NCBI GenBank assembly: GCA_041306075.1
Contig: JBFYKH010000007.1
Location: 8,821 to 72,820 of the forward strand
Length of the DNA: 64,000 nucleotides
Direction of reading: 5' to 3'
Source: Candidatus Altiarchaeota archaeon
Lineage (GTDB): Archaea > Altiarchaeota > Altiarchaeia > IMC4 > SCGC-AAA252-I15
Positions within the stretch are counted from its first letter, which is position 1, and every line of letters starts with the position of its first letter. Shown here piece by piece: positions 47,723 through 57,968 of the stretch. Under the pieces are notes generated by a model that was not told where the DNA came from, searched no databases, and saw only the letters and a list, made by a program, of their open reading frames with translations. The translations under genes were made by a program, and so were the position numbers.

Positions 47723-48342
47723 TGGACGCTAAGGCTGTGGCGGAGCTTCTCCTCGATGCGAAGGTACTGACGTTCAACGTCAAGGAACCGTACACATTCG
47801 CGTCGGGGATAAAGAGCCCCGTCTACATGGACTGCAGACTCTTGATATCGGACGTGAAACGGCGGGGCCAGATAGTAGACGCGCTGGTCAGGAAGTTCGA
47901 CGGGCTCGAATGCGACATAGTCGCCGCGACCGCGTCGGCCGGGATACCCTGGGGCGCATGGGTCGCCGACCGGCTGGAGAAGCCGCTGGTCTACGTCCGG
48001 AAGGAGGCCAAGGCCCACGGCAAGGGGAAGAAGGTCGAGGGCGCGTTCATAAAGGGCCTGAACGCGGTGGTCGTCGAAGACCTCGTCAGCACCGGCGGCA
48101 GCTCAATCTCTACGGTGGAGTCTCTGCGGGAGGAGGACTCGGTGGTCGAATACTGCGTCTCCATATTCACATACGGCATGCAGAAGGCCGCGGAATCCTT
48201 CGACAAGGCAAACGTCGAACTGCACCCGCTGTCGAACTTCAACACGGCCGTCGAGGCGGCGATAGAGAAAAAGTACCTTACCCCGGCTGAGGCGGCCGAG
48301 GCGAGGAAATGGGCCAAGGACCCCCAGAGGTGGCGCAAATGA
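47722..48342 (+). CDS. pyrE: Orotate phosphoribosyltransferase
   Basis: About 206 aa from the ATG overlapping the pyrK stop (ATGA); PRPP motif VVVEDLVSTGGS. Confidence 0.85.
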   Translation: MDAKAVAELLLDAKVLTFNVKEPYTFASGIKSPVYMDCRLLISDVKRRGQIVDALVRKFDGLECDIVAATASAGIPWGAWVADRLEKPLVYVRKEAKAHGKGKKVEGAFIKGLNAVVVEDLVSTGGSSISTVESLREEDSVVEYCVSIFTYGMQKAAESFDKANVELHPLSNFNTAVEAAIEKKYLTPAEAAEARKWAKDPQRWRK

Positions 48343-49139
48343 CGTTCCTGCAGGATTACCTGGACGCCCGGAAGGAGAAGCAGAGCATACTGTGCGTCGG
48401 CCTGGACCCGGCGCTGCCTGAGCAGAGGCGCTCGGACACGATACCCGGGAAGTACCCCGGCGACGAGTCGGACGTGATACTCCAGTACTCGATGGACGTC
48501 GTCGAAGCCGTCGCGGACCACTGCATGGCTGTGAAGTGCAACAGCCAGTATATCATGTTCGCCCTCAACTGGGGGCGGCTGTCGACCCTCAACCAGCTGA
48601 TACACAGCCACGGGCTCCTGTCCATACTCGACCACAAGCTCGGGGACATAGGCTCCACCAACGACAGCGCGTTCTACTGGGCTCAGAAGTCCGGCTTCGA
48701 CGCCATAACGTTCAGCCCCTACGCCGGCAACATACGGGAGGCCACGGAGTCCGCCCACCAGCGCGAGCTCGGCATATTCGTCCTGGACCTCATGAGCAAT
48801 CCGGAGGCGGAGGGCTTCCAGAAGAAGACGCGCTTCAACGAGACGCCCCTCTTCGTCCGCGTCGCCGACGACAGCCGCCACGCCGGCTCCGACGGCCTCG
48901 TCGTCGGAGCCACGGACCACGTCCGCGAAGTCGACATCATGAAGATACGCAAGACCGCGGGCGAGAACTCCATCATACTGTTCCCCGGCATCGGAAGCCA
49001 GGGCGGAGACGCCAAGAAGGTCATGTCGAACGGCGGCAAGAACATACTCATCAACGTCGGCCGCCACATAATATACTCCGGCGACCCGGGGAGGTCCGCG
49101 GAGGAATACAACAAGCGGCTTAAGCCCAAGACCCTTTAG
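48339..49139 (+). CDS. pyrF: Orotidine 5'-phosphate decarboxylase (type 2)
   Basis: About 266 aa from MTFLQDYLD (the ATG overlaps the pyrE stop); ...ILCVGLDP..., DHKLGDIG.T. Confidence 0.8.
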   Translation: MTFLQDYLDARKEKQSILCVGLDPALPEQRRSDTIPGKYPGDESDVILQYSMDVVEAVADHCMAVKCNSQYIMFALNWGRLSTLNQLIHSHGLLSILDHKLGDIGSTNDSAFYWAQKSGFDAITFSPYAGNIREATESAHQRELGIFVLDLMSNPEAEGFQKKTRFNETPLFVRVADDSRHAGSDGLVVGATDHVREVDIMKIRKTAGENSIILFPGIGSQGGDAKKVMSNGGKNILINVGRHIIYSGDPGRSAEEYNKRLKPKTL

Positions 49140-49140
49140 G

Positions 49141-50055
49141 ATGACCGCAGTCAGCTCCGTCACCGGCGCGTTCAGGTTCTACCTGGCGCACCCGCAGATA
49201 GCGGTGTACGGCGTCTCAAGGTGGGCCGCAGCCACGCTGTTCGCGGCTGCAGTCTCCACATTCCTCCTCCCCCCGGGCATCATGGAGGAGGTTCTGGAGG
49301 CCGGCCCTGGCCCGCTCGTCCGCAACCTCCCGTCCGTGCTCGCCGCCGCGGCGCTCCTTCTCTCGTCGGCCCTCCTCACGGAAGCGTATTTCGCGGCGGC
49401 GACCTACCGCTTCATAAAGACGCGGAGCGTCGCCGGAGCATACGTCGAAGCCTTCTCGTTCGCGCCGAAGATGCTCGGCGCCACTGTGTTGAAGGCGCTC
49501 ATCATAGCCCTCCTGGCGGCCTTGGCCGCCGGCCTGGCGTACGCCGCACTGACGGCCTATGTCGTCGCCTTCAACACGCCCCTCGGGCAGGAGTCCTTCG
49601 GGGAGGATATGGCGAGGCGGGCGATGTACGGCGTGACCGGGGGCTATGTGACCTTGATAGTGATAGCCGCAGCCGCTCTGGCGTTCACACTGGCGGCAGT
49701 GTGGGTCCTGGTGAAGCTCATTTTCATGGGATACCTCGTCTCATCGGGCGGCATGGGCGTCATGGAGTCGTTCCGGGCGAGCAGGCTGCACCTTGACGGC
49801 TACTTCCGGAAGGCGCTTTTGAGCGTCATCCTCTTCGGCCTCGCAGTCTCCCTGGTAGTCCTGCCGACGTACCTGTTCACCCTCACCCTCGGGGGGCCAG
49901 GAAGCTACGTACAAGGCTTCCTGGCAAGCATGTTCTCGCCCCTGAGCGAGATATTCGCGGTGTCGCTGTACCTCGACATAAAGAAGCGCAGGGAAGCCGA
50001 CGACTCGAAGTTCACGGTCGCCTACAAGAGCAGCATCCCGGTCAGCAAGCTCTGA
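49141..50055 (+). CDS. Polytopic membrane protein (hypothetical)
   Basis: 304 aa; 6+ TM helices. Confidence 0.4.
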   Translation: MTAVSSVTGAFRFYLAHPQIAVYGVSRWAAATLFAAAVSTFLLPPGIMEEVLEAGPGPLVRNLPSVLAAAALLLSSALLTEAYFAAATYRFIKTRSVAGAYVEAFSFAPKMLGATVLKALIIALLAALAAGLAYAALTAYVVAFNTPLGQESFGEDMARRAMYGVTGGYVTLIVIAAAALAFTLAAVWVLVKLIFMGYLVSSGGMGVMESFRASRLHLDGYFRKALLSVILFGLAVSLVVLPTYLFTLTLGGPGSYVQGFLASMFSPLSEIFAVSLYLDIKKRREADDSKFTVAYKSSIPVSKL

Positions 50056-50964
50056 CTATATCCCGAGTATCTTCCGGGGGTTGTCGACGAGCATCCTCCT
50101 GAACTCGCCCTCGCCTATCCCCTCGCCCGAGAGGAGCCTCACATACTCGGCGAGGGACTCCGAGGAGCCGGGGTTGTGCCGCTGCCCGGCGTCGCTCGTC
50201 AGCACCACCCGGTCCGCCCCAATCTCCCTTATGCATCCGGCCTGCTCGGAGAGCGGATAGTCCCCGGGGCTGTCGCGGTCCAAGTACATGACGTAGCAGT
50301 ACTCGACGTACGCCCCCCTGTCCGCCAGCCTCCTCTGCACGTCAAGGGGCATGGCGATGTCCCTCTGCATCGGATGCGTGAGTATGACCTTTATCCCACG
50401 GTCCAGACACTCCTCGGCCAGCTTCTCCGCCTCCTGCCAGGAGACATGGCCCGTCGCCACGATGCACCCGTTCTCCTCTATGACCCTCATGCAGGAGCCC
50501 ATCTTCCTGATCAACTTCCCGGTCCAGTCCGTCACCCTGATGGCCTTCAGGTCGTGCTTCTGCCTCGGCTTGAAGCCGGTGTCCTTCACCCACTCCGGCG
50601 GAATCTCGTACTGGCTCCTGTTCTTGAGGAGGTGGTTCTCGGCGTGCACGGTCGGCAGCCACACTATGATGGGGCGGTCGTGGCTCATCATCGAGCTCGC
50701 GTAAATCGCGCTCTCGTTGAAGCCCCCCATGAAGTAGTTGAGGGTCACCGACCCTATCAGCGTCAGGCGGTCCTGCCTCCCGGCGGCCTCTATGAGCGCT
50801 ATCGTCGGGAAGCTGTGGCTCTTCAAGGCGACGCCGCTGATATTCCCCGACTCCGCTGCCACGAGCTCGTCGACCGTGTACCTCCTCGGCAGTATGTCCG
50901 GGCCGATGTGGAAGTGGAGGTCGTACGACTCCCTGACCAGCGCCTTAATCCCGCCGCCGTCCAT
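50056..50964 (-). CDS. TIM-barrel metal-dependent hydrolase (amidohydrolase superfamily)
   Basis: 302 aa; N-terminal DLHFHIGPD metal-binding HxH. Confidence 0.5.
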   Translation of the reverse strand: MDGGGIKALVRESYDLHFHIGPDILPRRYTVDELVAAESGNISGVALKSHSFPTIALIEAAGRQDRLTLIGSVTLNYFMGGFNESAIYASSMMSHDRPIIVWLPTVHAENHLLKNRSQYEIPPEWVKDTGFKPRQKHDLKAIRVTDWTGKLIRKMGSCMRVIEENGCIVATGHVSWQEAEKLAEECLDRGIKVILTHPMQRDIAMPLDVQRRLADRGAYVEYCYVMYLDRDSPGDYPLSEQAGCIREIGADRVVLTSDAGQRHNPGSSESLAEYVRLLSGEGIGEGEFRRMLVDNPRKILGI

Positions 50965-52201
50965 GCTTCACCTCCACCCTGGATTCGCACAATATCCTGC
51001 CGCCGCCTATCACGTACGGGATGCGGTCGGCGCCGTTCAGGGCGTCCCCGGGGCTTCCCGCGTTCAACACCACTAGGTCGGCGAGCGCGCCCTCCCTGAC
51101 GCCGTAGTCCAGTCCCATCACCCTGGCCCCGTTGGCGGAGGCCATGTTGAACAGTCTGGCCGGGTCCTCCGCCCCCGTCATCCTCGCCGCGGCGGCGAGG
51201 ACGTGCATCTCCCTGAGCATGCTGCAGTTGCCGAGGGGATAGAACACGTCCCTCACGTTGTCGGTTCCGAGCGCGACGTTGACCTGCGCCTCCAAAAGCT
51301 CCTTCACCCGGGTTATGCTGTTGCTCGGCCTTGAGTGCACCCCGTCCGGCACCCTGAACTGCGTTATCAGGTTCGCGCTCGGCGTGACTATCACGTTCAA
51401 GCCGGCCTCGACGACGAGCCTGATGGTCTCCCTCGCCACCAGGTCGTCCTGCGCCGACAGGGAGATGCAGTGGGTCGCGCTGACGCGCCCGCACCACCCG
51501 TACTCTATGGTCTTCTCCGCCAGAAGCGGCAGCATGAAGTCCTGCGGGTTGTTGCTCTCGTCCACCTGGACCTCAAGGTCCACGTCGTATTTTCGCGCGA
51601 GCTCGAACAGGATTTCTATGTGCTGGGCCTGCTTCTCCCTCGTCTTCTCCACCAGGGGGAGGCCCCCGAGGAGGTCGGCGCCGGACTCCAAGGCCGCCTC
51701 CACAATCCGCCTCTTCGCCTCGTCGACGACGCCCTCCTGCGGGAAGGCGCACACCTGCAGCCTCGCCCGCCCCTCGTCCCTGAGCCCCAAGAGGGCCTCC
51801 AGCGGCTTCAATCCGCAGGTGGGGTCGACGTCCACCTGCGTCCTCACTGCGGTGACGCCGTTCTCGACGAACCCGTCGATGACGCGCCCCGCCCGCTCCC
51901 GGATTTCCCGGACGGTGTAGCCGCGCTTGAAGGACTTTAGGAGCTCCCTGTTCCCCTCAAGGCTCCTCCCGAAGTCTTCGGGCTTCATCCTCGACAGGAG
52001 GTCCGCCTTGTCCAGGTGGGTGTGCGCGTTCACGAAGCCGGGGGACACGAGGCGTCCGCCGACGTCGAGGCCTCGGCCCTTCAAGTCCCCGACCTCGGCC
52101 ACCACCCCCTCCTCCAACAGTATGTCCGTCGGCTTGGAATGGCCGACGATGAGCGCGTTCTTCAGAAGCAGCGTCTCCCCCAATGCGGCCTTCCCCATCA
52201 A
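50945..52201 (-). CDS. Cytosine deaminase-like amidohydrolase
   Basis: 418 aa; ...SPGFVNAHTHLDKA... and overall similarity to CodA/AtzC-like enzymes. Confidence 0.6.
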   Translation of the reverse strand: MMGKAALGETLLLKNALIVGHSKPTDILLEEGVVAEVGDLKGRGLDVGGRLVSPGFVNAHTHLDKADLLSRMKPEDFGRSLEGNRELLKSFKRGYTVREIRERAGRVIDGFVENGVTAVRTQVDVDPTCGLKPLEALLGLRDEGRARLQVCAFPQEGVVDEAKRRIVEAALESGADLLGGLPLVEKTREKQAQHIEILFELARKYDVDLEVQVDESNNPQDFMLPLLAEKTIEYGWCGRVSATHCISLSAQDDLVARETIRLVVEAGLNVIVTPSANLITQFRVPDGVHSRPSNSITRVKELLEAQVNVALGTDNVRDVFYPLGNCSMLREMHVLAAAARMTGAEDPARLFNMASANGARVMGLDYGVREGALADLVVLNAGSPGDALNGADRIPYVIGGGRILCESRVEVKHGRRRD

Positions 52202-52284
52202 AGACCAATATTTGCGGGCCGTAAATATAAATCAGCCTGGCAGGGTGCCGTTATAACCTCCATCTGCAATAAATAAACGGTCCC

Positions 52285-53253
52285 ATGAAAACGCCGCTCA
52301 CCCTCATACTCGCCTGCCTCTTCTCGGGCTGCCTATGCTGCGGGACCGGCCTGGACGGGGTAGTCTCCCCAGAAACCACGGAATCCGAGGCCTGCGAGGC
52401 CCCCTACATCCAGGTAGGCTCGGAATGCTGCCTCGACGCCGACGGAAACAACATATGCGACGGCGACGAAGCGACTGATGAGACCCAACCGCCGGAAGAG
52501 ACGACCTCGCCCCAGGAGACGCCACAGCCGGAGGAGACGGCCTTAACCGGGGTGGAGGCGACCGTCACCACCCTCGAGCCTGTGCAGACGACAATGGCCC
52601 CCGCCGCGACAGCGACCATAGCCCCGGCCGCGGCCCCCTCATGCTCGGACGGAATCCAAAACCAGGGCGAGGAATACCCGGACTGCGGCGGCCCATGCGC
52701 CCTCTGCCAGATGCTCGCCCTCAACTCCGGATGGAAGAAATACGGGGCGACCGGATACCAGTTCCGCTTCGACGGCAGGGAAGGCGCGGACGCCGCCCTC
52801 AAATACAACATAGAGATAAAGACGCCAGACGGCCTCCTCGACCGGCGGCCGATATCCACGGGCGAGAGCTTCGTCGACTACCTGCGCTTCAAGGCCGTGA
52901 ACTACGGGGAGGATGAGCCGAGGATATATGTCCGGGTGAACACCGAGGACCTGGCCAGGATACCCGCCAACGCAAGCCTCATCACCATCGGCGGGCAGTC
53001 GTGCGCGCAGTCGACCGACGGACTGTGCGAGCGGCGAATCGGCCAGTACAAGCTGCACCTGATAAGCCGCGGCGGCTCGGGCGAGCCTGCGAGGCTCTGG
53101 CTGACCGGCCCCGACGGCGTCCCGGTGAAGATAGATGTCGACGAATCCAAGTACACGTACTCCGGGGACACCCTCCTCGTGATAGGCGGATTCTTCGACA
53201 AAAACCATTTCATACAGGGCGGGTACAACCTGTTCTACGCCTACCTGAGGTAA
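52285..53253 (+). CDS. Secreted lipoprotein with CC-D-DG-CD module and T/P/E-rich linker
   Basis: 322 aa; lipobox-like LFSGCLCCG; ...VGSECCLDADGNNICDGDEATDETQPPEETTSPQETPQPEE... Confidence 0.5.
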   Translation: MKTPLTLILACLFSGCLCCGTGLDGVVSPETTESEACEAPYIQVGSECCLDADGNNICDGDEATDETQPPEETTSPQETPQPEETALTGVEATVTTLEPVQTTMAPAATATIAPAAAPSCSDGIQNQGEEYPDCGGPCALCQMLALNSGWKKYGATGYQFRFDGREGADAALKYNIEIKTPDGLLDRRPISTGESFVDYLRFKAVNYGEDEPRIYVRVNTEDLARIPANASLITIGGQSCAQSTDGLCERRIGQYKLHLISRGGSGEPARLWLTGPDGVPVKIDVDESKYTYSGDTLLVIGGFFDKNHFIQGGYNLFYAYLR

Positions 53254-53254
53254 A

Positions 53255-53587
53255 ATGCCGAAGACTCTCAAGCCGACTCTAAGGGAAAGGAATCGCTACC
53301 TCGTGCTCGAAGCCGTATCCGACAAGGCCCCGGACAGGAAACAGGTCTCGGACGCGGTATGGGGCTCGCTACTGAGGCTCTACGGTGAAGTCGGCGCCGC
53401 CAAGGCGTCCATATGGATGATGGACTGGAGCGACGGCTCACTCCGGGGCATCCTTAAATGCACCCACAAATCGGTCGAACAGATAAGGGCCGCGGTGGCG
53501 GCAGTGAAGGAGATAGCCGGCCGCAAGGCCATAGTGTCCGTGAAGTACGTCTCGGGGACGCTGAAGGGCGCAAGGGAACGCCTATGA
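53255..53587 (+). CDS. rnp2: RNase P protein component 2 (Pop5/Rpp14)
   Basis: 110 aa; ...LRERNRYLVLEA... is the conserved Pop5 start. Confidence 0.7.
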   Translation: MPKTLKPTLRERNRYLVLEAVSDKAPDRKQVSDAVWGSLLRLYGEVGAAKASIWMMDWSDGSLRGILKCTHKSVEQIRAAVAAVKEIAGRKAIVSVKYVSGTLKGARERL

Positions 53588-54070
53588 GGCGTTCCTGAGG
53601 GCCGACAGCTTCTTCATCTCCTGCCTGAGCTTCCTCGAACCCTTCGGCGACTGAGCCTCGGTCATCGTCTTCCCGCAGCCCGTGCAGGTGAAGCTCCGCT
53701 CTATCGCGGTCCCGTAGTCGAACCTGCCGCAGTCGCACTCGAACATTATGTCCTCGTCTTCGGCGAGCATGCCGTCGAGCTCGTCCATCCTGCTGGCGAC
53801 GTACTTGTTGACGAACTCCTTTATCTTGTCGTCCCTCCTCACCCACCTGTAGTAGCAGTATCCGGTGTCCTGCCTGTCCCTGTCCAGGTGCACGAGGTTC
53901 TTTGCCAACAGCTCGTTCAGTATCACCCGCACCCTCGACGTCTCGCACTTCAGCTCCTTGGATATCTCCTTGTCTTCCATCGGAGTGGTGATAATCTTTA
54001 TTACGTCGAGCGTGTCGCTCCCGAGCGTCTCGCTCAAAACATCCCCCACTTCTCCCTTAAGATAAGCCAT
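53582..54070 (-). CDS. tfe: Transcription factor E (TFE alpha, TFIIE-alpha homologue)
   Basis: 162 aa; N-terminal winged helix plus zinc ribbon FECDCG...CTGCG. Confidence 0.8.
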   Translation of the reverse strand: MAYLKGEVGDVLSETLGSDTLDVIKIITTPMEDKEISKELKCETSRVRVILNELLAKNLVHLDRDRQDTGYCYYRWVRRDDKIKEFVNKYVASRMDELDGMLAEDEDIMFECDCGRFDYGTAIERSFTCTGCGKTMTEAQSPKGSRKLRQEMKKLSALRNAS

Positions 54071-54207
54071 GCCCTAATATAAAGCAATACAGGTATAAAT
54101 ACCCACCGTTTACCATCCGCCGGCCCCCCGGCCCTAAAAACGCACTCGAACGCCTGAAACCGCCCTCGCATATATAAAAACCCAAAACAAATTCATGTCA
54201 CCATAAA

Positions 54208-55227
54208 ATGGCACAAAGGACAGTCACCCGCGAGTCGGTGATAATCTACGCGGGAGGAAAGCGCAAGGAGACACGAGCCGCCGAAGCCGAGAGCCCGGAG
54301 ATAGGCTCGGACGACCTGCCGGCATGCTGCCACATCCTCGACTCGGAGGGCAGGATAATCAACGTCAATGCCGCATGGCGGAACGTGTTCGGGTTCGCAC
54401 AGGAGGAAGTCGAAGGTAAACCATTCGCCGACCTCCTCTCGCCGGAGTACACGGACTGCAGCCGCGAGAACATTGACCGCCTGAAGGCGGAAGGCGAAAC
54501 CCACGGCGTCGAATACGAGATGGCCAAGAAGGACGGCTCCCTCGCATCCGTAGTCTGCGACTGCAAGGCGAAGACCGGCGGCGACGGCAGCTTCAAGGGC
54601 GCAATATGCATACTCTACGACGTCACCCTCCACAAGCAGATTGAGTCCGGCCTCAGAGACCGGGCCTGCGAGCTGGAGAAGGCAGCGGCCTCCATAGGCG
54701 ACGAACTTGCGGTGGAGAAGTCCCTGGCCGCCGAGCTGAGGAGGACGGCCGAGGAATCAGCCCGGAAACTGGCATCCGAGGAGGCGAGGGCCGGGAAATA
54801 CCACCAGGAGGCGGCCCACCTGGCGAACGAGCTTGCGAGCGAGCGCGCCAGGGCAACGCAGCTTGCGACGGAAGCCGGGGAGCTGAAATCGCAGGTGGAG
54901 GGCCTCAGGCAGGCCGCAGGCAGCCCCAGCCAGGAACTGGACTCGGAGCGCAAACGGGCGGCTCAGCTTGAGGAGGCGCTAGCATCAGAGCGCGCCCGGA
55001 CCCAGAAGCTCGACCACGCCATCGGGGAACGCAATCGCGAACTCGAATCCGAGCGCGGCCGCGCCCGGCAGCTGGACGAGGCTTTGAAGGCGGAGGCGGC
55101 GAAGGCGCTGAAGCTTGAGGAGACGCTGGCGCAGAGGGCGGCGGAGCTCGAGTCCGAGCGACAGAAGCCACGCCGCGACGCGGGAGAGGAAGCGAACGGG
55201 GCGCAGACGCACCTGCAGGCGCCGTGA
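54208..55227 (+). CDS. PAS-domain sensor with long coiled coil built from degenerate SER(A/K/G)RAxQL repeats
   Basis: 339 aa; PAS ...CCHILDSEGRIINVNAAWRNVFGF...; then repeats LASERARATQL / LDSERKRAAQL / LASERARTQKL / LESERGRARQL / LESERQKP. Confidence 0.6.
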   Translation: MAQRTVTRESVIIYAGGKRKETRAAEAESPEIGSDDLPACCHILDSEGRIINVNAAWRNVFGFAQEEVEGKPFADLLSPEYTDCSRENIDRLKAEGETHGVEYEMAKKDGSLASVVCDCKAKTGGDGSFKGAICILYDVTLHKQIESGLRDRACELEKAAASIGDELAVEKSLAAELRRTAEESARKLASEEARAGKYHQEAAHLANELASERARATQLATEAGELKSQVEGLRQAAGSPSQELDSERKRAAQLEEALASERARTQKLDHAIGERNRELESERGRARQLDEALKAEAAKALKLEETLAQRAAELESERQKPRRDAGEEANGAQTHLQAP

Positions 55228-55234
55228 CTGGAAG

Positions 55235-55414
55235 ATGATAAGCAAGCTCGTCACCGTAGCGGCCGGGGCGGCGCTCATATACCACCTCATCACCGAATAC
55301 CTGATACCGGAATTCTACGAATACCGCGAAATCATGTGGGCGGCCTTCGCCGGATACCTCCTCATGGGCGCATACTACCTTACCCGCCCCGAAAGGAAAT
55401 CCACGTTCTGGTAG
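55235..55414 (+). CDS. Small two-helix membrane protein
   Basis: 59 aa from the ATG at 55235: MISKLVTVAAGAALIYHLITEYLIPEFYEYREIMWAAFAGYLLMGAYYLTRP... Confidence 0.35.
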   Translation: MISKLVTVAAGAALIYHLITEYLIPEFYEYREIMWAAFAGYLLMGAYYLTRPERKSTFW

Positions 55415-55438
55415 GGCAGTCCTCTACCTATCGCCGAT

Positions 55439-56530
55439 TCACCCGCCCAACACCTCCCTCTGTAGGGGCTTCCGTATCCGGTCCGCCAGGGTCCCGAGGA
55501 ATCTCCGCACCCTCTCCGCCTTCGGGACGTACTCATAGTCCCCGTCAACGAAGTCGCCGGCTGCGGCCGACCTGACCAACGCATCCTTCGCCTGCCCCGA
55601 TGGGGTCTTGGCCTGGACCAGCTCATCGCTCACCGCAGCCTCCCTGAGCCCGTCGATGAGATGATACCTCCTCAAATCGGAGATGTACCTGACCGTGTCC
55701 GGCGCCCAGAGGCTCAGCCTCTTCAGCATCTCGAACTCGTAGTCCGAACCGTAGAAATGAGGCACGTGGCCGCTCAACTCCCGCTCCGTGTCCGGGTGAA
55801 ACCTATGCCCCCACTTGTACTGGGGGAACAGCCCCCTTATGACCGTGTTGTACGTCAGCATGCTCCCCTTGAAGAGCGACCTGTTCTCGGGGCCGACCGA
55901 GGGATTGTCCTCGACGAACCTGCCGTCCGTGTAATCCAGCCTTATGACCCCCCTGAGCATGTCCCCGGCGCCTCCGTAGGGGTCTATAACCTCCCCGGTG
56001 TTGAGGAGCCCGAAGTAGTCCTGCGTGTACTGGGACGCGTTAGACTCCTTGCGGAAGACCCATCTGCCGTCACCCATCCTACACAGCCAGTGGGGGGAGC
56101 TGAAATGTATCATGTCCGCGAAAGGCCGCCCATTGTAGGCTCCGTCAAAGTGCCTGCGCATGTCCCTGACGCTCCCCTTGTAGACGTCAATGTGCATCCC
56201 GCCCCGGGGCTCGCCGGTGGAGTTCCCGACCGCGATGTCGATGTCCCCCAACAGGTCCTCCCTGCCGAGCAAAAGGTCCCTCACGCTGCTGCCGGCGACC
56301 GCGACGGACCAGCCCTTAATCCTCCTGGACTGGAGCAGGAAATCCCGCACAAGCGACTTAGGCAGCTCCCCCTCGACGTCGACCCTCAGGTCGCACGGCC
56401 TCGCACCCCCGTTCAAGGCCGCCACGACCCTGTCAGCGAAGGGATTCACGGGGAAGGACTTCACCTCGAACCTGGCGTTCCCATCCTCCAAGGTCAGGCC
56501 CTGCGGGGCGTGATACGCAAGCTTCGCCAT
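55439..56530 (-). CDS. Class-II-like nucleotidyltransferase (poly(A) polymerase/CCA-enzyme head domain) protein
   Basis: 363 aa; AGSSVRDLLLGREDLLGDIDIAVGNS matches the GGxVRDxLLGx(n)DxDI polA_pol_head motif. Confidence 0.5.
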   Translation of the reverse strand: MAKLAYHAPQGLTLEDGNARFEVKSFPVNPFADRVVAALNGGARPCDLRVDVEGELPKSLVRDFLLQSRRIKGWSVAVAGSSVRDLLLGREDLLGDIDIAVGNSTGEPRGGMHIDVYKGSVRDMRRHFDGAYNGRPFADMIHFSSPHWLCRMGDGRWVFRKESNASQYTQDYFGLLNTGEVIDPYGGAGDMLRGVIRLDYTDGRFVEDNPSVGPENRSLFKGSMLTYNTVIRGLFPQYKWGHRFHPDTERELSGHVPHFYGSDYEFEMLKRLSLWAPDTVRYISDLRRYHLIDGLREAAVSDELVQAKTPSGQAKDALVRSAAAGDFVDGDYEYVPKAERVRRFLGTLADRIRKPLQREVLGG

Positions 56531-56669
56531 TCAAACGCCCCCCGAAACTGCGCATGAGAAAACAGGACGGCGCCGGAGGCAGAATGCCATAATCATCTTT
56601 ATCCGCAAGGATAAAAGAACAAAGCCTCACGGAAAAGCACAACCCCCTCCAACCCCAACGGATTATCGT

Positions 56670-57032
56670 CTAACCCGCCACGTACCTGTACGTGAAATCC
56701 GCCGGGAAACCGTACGCGGCCTCGAAGCTGCCGTGCGTCTGGCTGAAATACACCGCGAACAGCAAGAGGGCCACGAGGAGGGCGAAAGCCACAATCATCG
56801 CAGCCTTAAGCATCGGGCTCGTCAGCTTCACCAGCTTGTCCTTCAGGAACCGGTGCCAGGCAAGGTAGGCGAACAGGCTGAGGAAAACCCAATTCACTGC
56901 CAACAAAGCGACCGCCACGCCCAACTCCACTCCGTCAACCCTGAGCTCCAACATAAAAAACCAGACCCCGTCAACATATGCGCAACACCAAATATAAACC
57001 GAGCGGTTACGAAACCGTTTCCCGCAGGTCAA
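56670..57032 (-). CDS. Small membrane protein (hypothetical)
   Basis: 120 aa; 3 TM helices. Confidence 0.35.
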   Translation of the reverse strand: MTCGKRFRNRSVYIWCCAYVDGVWFFMLELRVDGVELGVAVALLAVNWVFLSLFAYLAWHRFLKDKLVKLTSPMLKAAMIVAFALLVALLLFAVYFSQTHGSFEAAYGFPADFTYRYVAG

Positions 57033-57068
57033 CGGCGGCCGCCTGGCAGGCCCCCGTAAATTATAATA

Positions 57069-57365
57069 ATGCTTACGCCTATTGGGTTACGTCTTATGGC
57101 GGGCTTGGAGGACCTTGAGCGGCGCGTCGGACTCATCGAGGACAGGAACAGGCGGGTCGAGCTCGACAAGGCATGGGAGACCAGCCTCTCGCGCAAAGTC
57201 ATCGTCGCGGCATTGACTTACGCCTGCATCGTCCTGTTCTTTGTCTTCGCCGGCCTGCCGAACCCCCTTTACAACTCGATCGTGCCGACCGCGGCATTCC
57301 TCCTGTCGACGCTGACCCTCCCCCACCTCAAATCCGCCTGGATAAAAAACCAAAAATACAGTTGA
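57069..57365 (+). CDS. Small membrane protein (hypothetical)
   Basis: 98 aa; coiled N-terminus plus 2 TM helices. Confidence 0.35.
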   Translation: MLTPIGLRLMAGLEDLERRVGLIEDRNRRVELDKAWETSLSRKVIVAALTYACIVLFFVFAGLPNPLYNSIVPTAAFLLSTLTLPHLKSAWIKNQKYS

Positions 57366-57394
57366 CCCCCCTACGGGGGCCTCGGCACTATGGC

Positions 57395-57934
57395 TCAGCG
57401 CATCTTCGCATCCAGCTCGTCGTCGCGCTTCTCGGCCAACGCGAGCGCATCCCTCAACAGAGCCTCCTTCGAGTAGGCGCCGCTCTTCTTCAGCGACTCG
57501 GCGATGCCGGAAATATCCGCGGCCTCGAGTATGACGCTGTCGTAGTCCTGGTTGCGCGCCCAAGCCTCCACCTGCAATCTCACGACGTCGGCCTCGAGGG
57601 CGCTCAGCCCCGGCTGGACGTCCTCAAGGAATGGCTCGAACGCTATCCTCCCGTGTGCAATACCCGGCGTCCAGAATACCCCGGACTTCAGGAGCTTCCC
57701 TACGCCAGCCTCGACCTTGGCCTCCTCCCCCAGCCCCGCAGCCTCAGACGGCAAGAGGACGCCGTGCCCCAGCCTCTCCCGACCACGCGGCGCAGATAAG
57801 CCTACGTGCCCGGCCTCCAAAGCCTCCAAAGCCGAAACCAACGACGGCCCACCGCCACCGCTAACCACTTCAACCGACATGATTAACAATCGACGTCCGA
57901 ATATTAATGGCCAACAAAACACATAGAAACACAC
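57395..57934 (-). CDS. Hypothetical protein
   Basis: 179-aa ORF; the start may be the internal MSVEVVSGGG. Confidence 0.35.
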   Translation of the reverse strand: MCFYVFCWPLIFGRRLLIMSVEVVSGGGGPSLVSALEALEAGHVGLSAPRGRERLGHGVLLPSEAAGLGEEAKVEAGVGKLLKSGVFWTPGIAHGRIAFEPFLEDVQPGLSALEADVVRLQVEAWARNQDYDSVILEAADISGIAESLKKSGAYSKEALLRDALALAEKRDDELDAKMR

Positions 57935-57968
57935 GCGGGTTTATTTTTCCCTAATCTAATAGACGACT

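Noticed and set aside
47991-49163. 390-aa minus-strand ORF antisense to pyrE/pyrF
   Set aside because: The sense strand encodes conserved pyrimidine-biosynthesis enzymes with coupled starts.
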